From: Chara braunii
Lineage: Eukaryota > Plantae > Charophyceae
Direction: 5' to 3'
NCBI GenBank assembly: GCA_003427395.1
Contig: BFEA01000003.1
Coordinates: 6,290,070 to 6,334,813 of the forward strand
Length of the DNA: 44,744 nt
Shown here: positions 35,306-44,744 of the stretch, in pieces
How positions within the stretch are numbered: the stretch's first letter is position 1
How the letters are laid out: each line of letters opens with the position of its first letter
Program-made: the position numbers and the translations under genes
The notes under the pieces: generated by a model
Databases searched by the model: none
The model's input: the letters and a program-made list of their open reading frames with translations, nothing else
Told to the model about the DNA's origin: nothing

Positions 35306-36277
35306 TCAGGTGGCACACCTGATGGCTCCCCTTTGGAGTCCGCCTTGCCTTCGATGGTTCGACCCGCTGACCACCAACATAACCGGCGCAAACACGATTT
35401 GCACCAGCGGCAATCTATACGCTCTTCCTTCTTGATTGATCCGTCCTCGTGGCTTCGACGCGGGACCCCCGTGGTGTTGCGCGGGTCGCCCCAATACGCG
35501 TCGACGTCTGCTCGGCGTCTTCTCACAGGGATCTCTGTATATAGGTGCACCCCGGCTGATGTCTCGCATTTTGTCAATGTCAAGGTCTCCACGCCCCTCT
35601 CTATACGGGCTTTCAAGAGGTTTGGGCAGTTCATCACTATGTTCCCAACAATGCCAACATCTCTCATGAAGCTCTGGACGCAGTGGACGGTAATCACAGG
35701 TGCGAACATGATCCTCCAGGTCCTTAAGATCCATAACTGCCGGACAGAAACGATCATGATCCCTCTCACAACCCTGCTCCTCCTGATTCTCGACAGCGCC
35801 AGTGGTAGGCGAAGGGGTCCGCGGAACGAAACGTCGTACGTCAAAGAAAACGGGCATCTTGCTCTCAACCTCCAACAGTATTCCCTCACTGATATATCCG
35901 GAAGAAATCCACTAACCTTACGTTTACACCGTGGACACTCGGGATTCTTTGAATCCATGATCCGGCCTGCGCAGGTACAACACAGCATGTGGCCGCAATT
36001 CATGAAGCCGATTGCATCCAGCATTAGTACGTCGCAGGATCCACAAAAGCAGGAAGAGGTCGGATCAATCTCGCAAAGTATCTCCGTCAAACGAGGGGCT
36101 CGCATTACGTATTGAGAATCACGCACAAGTTTCGACCCCACAGGAGCAAAGCGGCCAAGAGGCCCAAATCCAAACGTCAACATCGACCGGTCGGTAACGT
36201 GGTAGACAAGAGACGCCAAGAATGTCTCCAACTCTCGTGACGACGTGCTGTGACTCGCTTCCACTTCTGTCTCCATG
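35306..36277 (-). pseudogene. RING-HC finger plus TRAF-type zinc finger protein (E3-ligase-like), frameshifted near 35845
   Basis: CGSCDVLMLDAIGFMNCGHMLCCTCAGRIMDSKNPECPRC (C3HC4 RING), then LRARCPF and, in the adjacent frame, GCE...CPAVMDLKDLEDHVRTCDYRP (TRAF-like C/H pattern). Start codon uncertain. Confidence 0.7.
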
Positions 36278-36601
36278 GTTACTCTCTTGGTTAACCAGAG
36301 GACTTCACCAAAGGCTGCGTCAACGTCGGAGCACGGTCCTAAAGGACCACACCATGCACGGACTTCACCAATAAGCGATAAGAATCGGACACGTGTCCTA
36401 TCGCTGCACAGAGTCAACCCATGACAGGAGTAGAAGCAGGCAAAGAATTGGAGGGCAGTTGGGAGTGCTACAACCTAAACTGTGCCCGTTCGGCCAAGGA
36501 AAACACCACCGTTCCTATCCCTATTTCACCGAGAGGAGAAAACAGAGAGAACCACGGGGCGTGCGCGCGCGCGCACGAGCGAGCGAGCGAGCGAGCGAGC
36601 G

Positions 36602-36686
<85 letters not shown>

Positions 36687-37560
36687 GTGTGGGTCTAAGT
36701 AGTCGGGCTCAGTGAGTGGGGACGGGGGGAACTAACACACTGCTCTGATGAGAACTATTACGTTGAAGACTTGAAGTGGAGGAGTGCCCAGGCCCCATGG
36801 CATTCGAAATCCGATCGAAATTTCCCTCTTTGCCCTCCCATCTAGTTTCACCGATTTCCAGACTGCATTCGTTAGCTGGTCTCCTCACTCTTCGACACTC
36901 TTCTCGAGTCTCGACCCCTGATCCAAGGCCACAATTAGAACACTGTAAGCTCTGCTTGCTCACAAAAGGACAAAAACATACCCAATAGCTGAAAACGTAC
37001 TCCAAGCCGTAAAAACACGACAAGATGAGGAACGGGATAGGGGGGAAGGTGTATCTTCCTGAAAGAAAAAAAAAACATAAAATGCAAAGGGGGAAGATGG
37101 ATCTTCATTCGTCCTGCATTAGCTCGTGCCTGCCACCCTTGCCTCAAGCTTAGTGAGTGACACCGTATGTTTCTGTTTAGGGTTTCGACACGAGACGCGT
37201 GATCGAGTTCCCTTCCGCAAAAGTTTTTTTCAAGATTTGGACCTTTTTCTGGAAGGGGGAATAACCGAACTACCCGTATTTCTAAGGCTTGTGCTTCGCC
37301 CTCCTACTTCTCGGACTTTCCCATATTCAAATCAGGAGTCCAAGATGGGCGTCTTCCCCCTGGGAGTCCCCCCCCCCCCTCTTCCCCCCACCAACCAATT
37401 AATTTGATACCATTTCTCGAGTTATGATTGTCATCCTTGTGCAGGGGCTATGCGTATCTATCTTCTCTGGATCGTTCAAATTTTAATGCACGTCCTAAAA
37501 GACTGGCTTAAAAAAAATTTAGACGTAACTAGGGCCACATCAAAATTTGAGTTTCTATAC

Positions 37561-37649
37561 TACCTTTCTGGGCTTTTTTTTTGGCTAAGATCAAGTGTAG
37601 TATATGTTCTGATCAGTTTACTATCTGATTAAAAAAAGAAAAAAAAAAA
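37561..37649 (+). pseudogene. U2: Retroposed 3'-truncated U2 snRNA fragment (~nt 2-66) with A tail and TSD
   Basis: TACCTTTCTGGGCTTTTTTTTTGGCTAAGATCAAGTGTAGTATATGTTCTGATCAGTTTACTATCTGAT matches the plant U2 5' end (branch-site GTAGTA at 37597-37602). Followed by an A-run and flanked by AAAA(T)TTGAGTTTC (37542-37555 and ~37646-37658). No Sm site. Confidence 0.9.
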
Positions 37650-38226
37650 TTGAGTTTCAACCTGACAATGAAACACGTTTTTGGAGTTCAGTGGCCTCAG
37701 TTTTTTTTTTTTAATACAACAAGAACCAACAGGGCCTACAGTAGCTCAGTTGCCACACCCACAAACTGTTAAAATACAGACCCAAATTAGAATCCAAATG
37801 CAATCAGAGGAATATAATAAAAATAGGTATGAATCACCCAGGCCGGGTCAGATCAGTGATGATGTCCGAAGGTTGTCGCCCTTTACGGAAATAAGGGGAA
37901 AAAGGAAAGCAGTAAGAACGCTGGTAGGCGCTTACCAGCGGTCAGCCAAACTTGGTGGGCCGAACATCCGATTGTTCGGCTCCCCCTGCCCAGCCGTTGG
38001 GTGGAATGCTGGATTTCCTTCTTTTGTCTTCCTTTTCCTTGCTTTTTTTCAATGTCTTTTTTTTTTTTTTTTTTTTTTTCCCCCTTTAACGCAGAAGGGG
38101 TTTTCTGCCCCCGAAAAAAACAAAAATCGTTACGGGTGGAGGTGCGCTGCCAGCCGAACGCTCGCCAACCCCCCCGTTTTTTATTTTTTGCCTCTGTGTC
38201 TGTGTGTGAGTGTGTTTGTGATGATG

Positions 38227-38283
<57 letters not shown>

Positions 38284-38284
38284 N

Positions 38285-38345
<61 letters not shown>

Positions 38346-39563
38346 GCTGTGGGGGAGTTTGATGGGGGTGACAAGTATAACCCTCTAGCCCCCTGTGCGA
38401 TGGAGCGTAGAAGGCGACTGCGCAGCTTCACCATAACTGCCATCATCATCATCGTCATCATCATCATCATTGAAGCCCGCTAACTGATTGGACCGTAATG
38501 CATCTCTTAGCTTGCTATCGTCGTATGCGCACGAAATTCATCTTCTTATCTCGATCCGAGTCGATCGTGATCTCCTCGGCCTCGTTATCTGATCACGACG
38601 ACCTGCTTGTCATTATCATTATCGCCATCATCATCAGCAGCAGGAGCAGGAGCAGGAGGAGGAGCAAAAGTAACATGAAGACTCGACTCTTATGTGCTGC
38701 TTGATCTCATCTTTTGGATGCGTTCCTCTACTCTCTTAGTACTACTGCTCATCGTCCTAATGATCATCTCGACGTCGCCATCCCAATCCACCTTCCACTT
38801 TCCAGTGTTTGTTTCCATTTTCCATTTTTTTTATTAAATTTGAAAACGACCCGCCCTTTCCGTTCCTGATGCCCTGCTGTTCTCATACGGGATGCCACCA
38901 CCCACGTAAGGCCCTATTAGGGATTTTGAAATTCCTCTTTTTCTTAAAAAGAAAAATGAGATCTTGAGCGGCCTGCTGCCCGACAATGCCAGAAGACAAA
39001 AAAAAAAAAAAAAAACCTATGCTTCAAGACAGGATGACAAAATTGTGACAAAGCGCGCCGTCGTGCAACTGTTCCAGCGGACACAATAACGAAGTTTCTC
39101 GGATTGATTGGCCCGTTGGACAGCGGGGGGTCGGATGTTATAATGCGCGCACGCACGCAGGGAGATAAAACCAGCGAGAGCCGCTGCGGAAACATGTGAA
39201 GGCATTGAAGAGATTTTGAAAAAAAAGAAAAAGAAAAAAAAAAAGAGTCTTTAGACTGCTTGCCTGGAGTAAGATGACGAAGAAGGAGGGAAAACGACTC
39301 GTACTAGAGAGAAAGTCGCACAAGCAGAGCATGAGCGATTGCTGTCTCCCAGAAGGCAAATGAGGTTCAGTGATTTAAGCCCTCACTGCCCCTCAGCTTC
39401 TGAAAAACAACCCCCAGGAGAGAAGGCAGACTCCACCAGATCAAAGGTTCCAAGGCTGTCATCAAATCCCCCCATGCGCATCCTCGCTCTCCTCAGCACC
39501 TGGCTCTAATTAAGCTCGGATTCATGTAGCGAGCTCCTACTATCATCTCCCGAGCAGAACGCT

Positions 39564-39596
<33 letters not shown>

Positions 39597-41083
39597 TCTA
39601 CGAATCATGTCCCGTTCCAAATACAGTCCTGATGCTATGACGATGTGTTCCGGGGAAAGGACGGAGCGATCACGGCCTACCTCATCTCTCTATGTTTCTG
39701 ATCCTTTCTTCGTTTTTTTTCTCTCTCTTATTCCCTCTTCTTTTCCTACCTCATTGTCACGCAATCACTTTGCGTGTGAACACCATAGTCTGTATATTAA
39801 GAGGGCGGATACGCCCTCAGAGCCATATGGTTTTCTCTGTACCCTCTACCATTGTTATGATTAACCCAAGGCCAGCAGATATTCGCAAGGTCATAAGCCT
39901 TGTGTCCACTACCCGTCTTCACGCGATCTATTCGGTTGCAGCTTGTTAATTGAAACGCTTAGGATAGGATTGGTTACTTTGGGGGTTAAACCATCACTGG
40001 CAAGCAACCCCCTCCTCCTCCCAAACTCGCGGCCATGAGGCTCCCCACACCGACTGTTTCAGTGATCCCCCACAACGAACCAACGACTGCCAACTGGTGC
40101 ATCGTTCCTGGTCGTTCCTGGAAAGGGGTGAGCATTGACCAGGGACGAAGCACGCGGGGCCGTGACAGGCTGTTTCCTCGGCCTCTTGGNNNNNNNNNNN
40201 NNNNNNNNNNNNNNNNNNNNNNNNNNNNNNNNNNNNNNNNNNNNNNNNNNNNNNNNNNNNNNNNNNNNNNNNNNNNNNNNNNNNNNNNNNNNNNNNNNNN
40301 NNNNNNNNNNNNNNNNNNNNNNNNNNNNNNNNNNNNNNNNNNNNNNNNNNNNNNNNNNNNNNNNNNNNNNNNNNNNNNNNNNNNNNNNNNNNNNNNNNNN
40401 NNNNNNNNNNNNNNNNNNNNNNNNNNNNNNNNNNNNNNNNNNNNNNNNNNNNNNNNNNNNNNNNNNNNNNNNNNNNNNNNNNNNNNNNNNNNNNNNNNNN
40501 NNNNNNNNNNNNNNNNNNNNNNNNNNNNNNNNNNNNNNNNNNNNNNNNNNNNNNNNNNNNNNNNNNNNNNNNNNNNNNNNNNNNNNNNNNNNNNNNNNNN
40601 NNNNNNNNNNNNNNNNNNNNNNNNNNNNNNNNNNNNNNNNNNNNNNNNNNNNNNNNNNNNNNNNNNNNNNNNNNNNNNNNNNNNNNNNNNNNNNNNNNNN
40701 NNNNNNNNNNNNNNNNNNNNNNNNNNNNNNNNNNNNNNNNNNNNNNNNNNNNNNNNNNNNNNNNNNNNNNNNNNNNNNNNNNNNNNNNNNNNNNNNNNNN
40801 NNNNNNNNNNNNNNNNNNNNNNNNNNNNNNNNNNNNNNNNNNNNNNNNNNNNNNNNNNNNNNNNNNNNNNNNNNNNNNNNNNNNNNNNNNNNNNNNNNNN
40901 NNNNNNNNNNNNNNNNNNNNNNNNNNNNNNNNNNNNNNNNNNNNNNNNNNNNNNNNNNNNNNNNNNNNNNNNNNNNNNNNNNNNNNNNNNNNNNNNNNNN
41001 NNNNNNNNNNNNNNNNNNNNNNNNNNNNNNNNNNNNNNNNNNNNNNNNNNNNNNNNNNNNNNNNNNNNNNNNNNNNNNGTGTG

Positions 41084-41129
<46 letters not shown>

Positions 41130-41164
41130 GTCTCTGTCTCTCTCTGTCTCTCTCTCTGTCTCTG

Positions 41165-41201
<37 letters not shown>

Positions 41202-41227
41202 AACACCCACACACCCACACACCCACA

Positions 41228-41266
<39 letters not shown>

Positions 41267-41402
41267 GCACACATGCAACTGGAGAACCCCTCTCCCCCGT
41301 GCACACTCCTCTGGGATTTACCTTCGAAAGCACAGCTCAGTCACTCAGTGTCTTTCCCCTTCCTTGTTCTGCACTCCATCGAGGTTCTCGCAACGACACT
41401 GA

Positions 41403-41553
41403 GGGCATACTCACGCTAGGACACGACACTGAGGGCGTACTCACGCTAGGACTCTCTAGGATGCATATAAGCGGTTTTCCGACCCGGCGCGGACGCACCT
41501 GACTGCAATTACAGCCACGGGGTCGTGGAAAAAGTCCGGGTGTGAGTATGCCC
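41403..41553. mobile_element. MITE with GGGCATACTCAC / GTGAGTATGCCC TIRs (PIF/Harbinger-like); left end tandemly duplicated (30 bp)
   Basis: Perfect 12-bp TIR. Flanks TGA / TAA. Confidence 0.65.
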
Positions 41554-42062
41554 TAAGGGAATCGACGGTTCGACACTTACGCTGGGTGTCTTAGGGGTTC
41601 GATCCACAACCCTCGATTCTACCCATAAATCGAGAGTGGGTCGCGCCCGACGCTACGCAACGCCTCAGCGGTGCAAGCTTTTCGCCAGATCACTGTCGGA
41701 GGAGCTGGCAATATGGTCGGTCGTGCCCGGCGGCGAGGTCCCACTAGCAAAGAGGATCGGATTGAACGCCTTAATTTGGCCGCATTTGTGGACTAATGCA
41801 GAAAATCGAGATTGAACTCCTTTCGGAATCTCTCATTAAAACACACCCACATTCAGCATCTTTATCCAATCCCCGTTGCTGGTGAGACCATGCCCCGGCT
41901 GATGCCCTTGATCCCATTCGAACATGGAACCCACAGTTACCACTCGCCATTGTGCCATAATACTGAGAATAATACTGGAATGAGCGACACCCATGTGTGT
42001 GTGTGTGTGTGTGTGTGTGGGAGGGAAGGGAGAGAGAGAGAGAGAAGGGAGAGAGCGACACC

Positions 42063-42147
<85 letters not shown>

Positions 42148-43074
42148 AGAACGATTAAGTTCAAGGATCACATGGTCATGCTGAAAAGATGGACGGTACC
42201 GCAGCGTCATTATAGGTCATACCAAAAACACTTTCATGTAGTGGCATCCAGTTGTCACGTACTGCAAAGCTAAACGGGTACCTATAAGGACATGATGAAA
42301 ATGAGGCATAGTAGTGAGCCCCGGCTTCACTGCAGGAATAATAGAGAGGCCGGGGAGGGGAAGCATGGAACAATGACTGTGGAATGGCCGTCGCTTACGA
42401 CACGCACAAAACATGAATGACAAGTTCGACAAGATGTATGGTGCTGCGGACTAATGGACTGCTTCATAATGCATGTTACCTCCCTCACCCCTCCACTGAC
42501 TCACACATTCCATCACATCTACTTCACAGATGATTGACAGCTTACTCACCTACAACTTTAGTCAGTACACATAATACATGACTCACTCATACAAAGACGC
42601 AATGCCATGAAACACTGGTAAACTCTCCGAGTCTCAGACCTTCGTACATCTTCCTCATAGGTAGAGAATGACAGACAATACATGACGGCCAATTTCAATT
42701 AGGATGACATTATTGCTGAGTCTAAGCGTAGTGGGCTAATTGAAATAACAGGGGGCTGCAGAATTGCACTGGGTCAACAGAGTAGGTGGGGCTCCAAGAG
42801 GGGATGGGTGACAACAGCAGCTCCAAGGGAGTTCGGAGTCCGGGGGGTTACCGTAGAAGGACCATTGTGCATGTGCATTAACAGACAATGACCAGACATT
42901 GATACATGTGACATTGTATTGTACAGGGACGCTGGACCCGGTTTCCAGCTGGTGATGCTCCCCACCAATAGATGGGGCTGTGTCATTTGGGGAAAAGAAA
43001 AAAAGAAAAAAAGAAGGACATGATGAAAAGATTTATGTCCCAACCGACGCCAGGGTTTCGCAAAGTTGAACCCT

Positions 43075-43853
43075 GGCAGGGTATTGCAGGCGATAGCCTA
43101 AAGTGATCGCACGAATGGATCCTGTATGGAAAATGTGAAGAAAAATTCGACTTTGGACGGGGTTGGGGATATGTGGCCCTGGTCGGCAGGGGCATTATAA
43201 TGGAGGTAATATGGAGTGCTCCCAATGACAGAGTTTTCAGAAAAGAGGTGCAGGCCCTTTCGGAACAAACAGCGAACGTCCTCTGTCTCTCCTGAGACGA
43301 ACCATTTACGCAGACTGGCAAGAGAAGAGAGAGTGTCACCAAACCGAAAGAAAGGAGGGATTTTGTTCAGAAACACGTGGGCGGCAGATGGAAAATTGGC
43401 ATCGGTTACACGAGAAGTTTAACTTAGGCTCACACCCTGGCTGTTAAAGGGGAAAGTAGGAACTGCAGTAGAACCCAGATAGCTTCGTATGTGCAAGAAC
43501 CAAAGACTAGGTATGAGCTCAGATACATTAGGAAATCAGTTAGAATGTAGACAGGAGTAGGTTGGGTCTAATCGAGAGAGACAGAAGTATTGAGTGTTGA
43601 TTTGCAAATAGGTTGGATAAACAGATCAGGCTTTTTGGTTAACTCTGGGAATACATGGACGTGTCCCGAGTTCCTTTGGGTCTTGTAAAAAGTGAATCTG
43701 GCCCATTATCTGGGTAAAGCTCCCAGAAGTGGTTCTCATTCTTTTCAGGGTACAGTCATTCTTTTCACTGTGAGGACTCAGGCATTCATATTGATTAATC
43801 AAAGCCTTGGGCACTGGGCCCAAGTTCAAATTAGGAAAAAAAAAAAAAAAAAA
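43075..43853 (+). mobile_element. Heavily 5'-truncated L1 LINE (copy 4): ORF2 C-terminus, 3' UTR, poly(A); TSD AAAGTTGAACCCT
   Basis: Translation HEWILYG...GRGWGYVALVGRGIIMEVIW and TWAADGKLASVT...PWL matches the ORF2 ends of copies 2 and 3. A-run 43836-43856. Identical 13-mer at 43062-43074 and 43854-43866. Confidence 0.88.
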
Positions 43854-44276
43854 AAAGTTGAACCCTTGTCAGAGGGGTGCGACAAGGTAAGGTGCTGGTC
43901 GGAGGTGCACAACTCAAATAAAACCATCTTTGAGGTTCATGAAGCAAATTTCCCAAAAAACAAATTGCGTACGGGTGTGCTAACACTAACACTATTGTAA
44001 ATGTATCGGACCGTATTTACAGCCGGACCTGTATGCATCTGGCCGCAATTCCTTCCAGAAATAAGTAAAAAGGTGCCAGTGTAGTAGTGTGATTATGCCC
44101 CAAGAAAAAGGAAATTTGGTTGAGACCTTACGCAAACCTTTTCTTGTAGAAACCCTCTGTCAGTCAGTCTCTTTTTTTTCTTTTTTTGGGGAAATGCTCC
44201 AGTCTATTCTCATCATTGACAAGCAGATTTGACGAGTGAGCTTAGTTTTGACTGCCTTATCTGCCATGAATACTTT

Positions 44277-44331
44277 CCTAAACAGCTCTTATCATCACTT
44301 TGCAACCCTAAACAGCTCTTATCATCACTTT
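44277..44331 (+). repeat. 30-bp-period duplication (CCTAAACAGCTCTTATCATCACTTT x2)
   Basis: Direct inspection. Confidence 0.8.
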
Positions 44332-44660
44332 TGAAATCCCAATGCATCTTCTCTATACATACTAAAGGATGGAGAGGGCCCGACGACATGCCCTGTCGCG
44401 GGCCCAGCGAAATTCGGAGGAGGCCGAAATTGGGCAGCGGGACCGCGGGGTCCAAACGGGCAGTGGGAACGCAGATTTCAAGGTGGGGTCCAGGCCTCAG
44501 CGGAGGAGAGGCCCACGAAATCGCTGGCGCGCCAGGGACGCAAGGAATGGCTGGGCGGCGCGGGCGCAAACACGGAAGCGGGCGGGGTGGGTGCAAAAAC
44601 GGAAACGCGCAGCGCGCGCGTATGTACAGTCGTTCGGACCAAGCCGACGTGCTAGCGAGC

Positions 44661-44662
<2 letters not shown>

Positions 44663-44744
<82 letters not shown>
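44663..44744. repeat. (GA)n microsatellite (others: (AT)n 9435-9492, 9788-9839, 11319-11380; (GA)n 12164-12232, 36605-36683, 38285-38342; (GT)n 16616-16671, 38228-38283, 42065-42111)
   Basis: Direct inspection. Confidence 0.95.

Noticed and set aside
36745-36775. Other CTGATGA occurrences (36745, 27071, 19445)
   Set aside because: Not followed by a stem II and GAAA.
37561-37630. U2 fragment as the target site of a U2-specific Tx1/Keno-type element
   Set aside because: No LINE is inserted in or next to the U2 sequence. The A tail and TSD fit a retrocopy.
41560-41620. B-box-like GGTTCGATCC suggesting a tRNA or SINE
   Set aside because: No A-box at proper spacing and no cloverleaf.
43860-43900. 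Minus-strand peptide LSHPSDKG resembling the LINE endonuclease HPSDKG
   Set aside because: Short match overlapping the TSD, with no other endonuclease motifs nearby; probably chance.

Overview
Repeat-rich eukaryotic nuclear DNA with three N-gaps (11381-11699, 17453-17995, 40189-41078) and many (AT)n/(GA)n/(GT)n tracts. The plant-type U2 5' end, the trihelix gene and the L1 types suggest a green plant or streptophyte alga such as Chara (inference). No intact host gene is evident. The window holds four L1/Tx1-clade LINE copies: a degenerate + copy at ~3.96-9.3 kb, a 5'-truncated - copy at ~12.7-16.2 kb, a near full-length - copy at 21108-29345 with a 13-bp TSD, and a 0.8-kb 3' fragment at 43075-43853 with a 13-bp TSD. 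It also holds a frameshifted trihelix (Myb/SANT) gene, a frameshifted RING + TRAF-type zinc-finger gene, a retroposed U2 snRNA fragment, a CAGGGT-TIR non-autonomous DNA transposon and several GGGC-ended MITE-like hairpins. Most interesting: (1) two copies of a short non-coding element inserted in (AT)n microsatellites, carrying a type I hammerhead ribozyme (retrozyme or Penelope-like non-autonomous element); (2) a two-hairpin 3'-UTR RNA motif with a compensatory base-pair change shared by three diverged L1 copies; (3) a non-canonical LADD RT motif and a conserved extra ORF1 C-terminal domain in these L1s.
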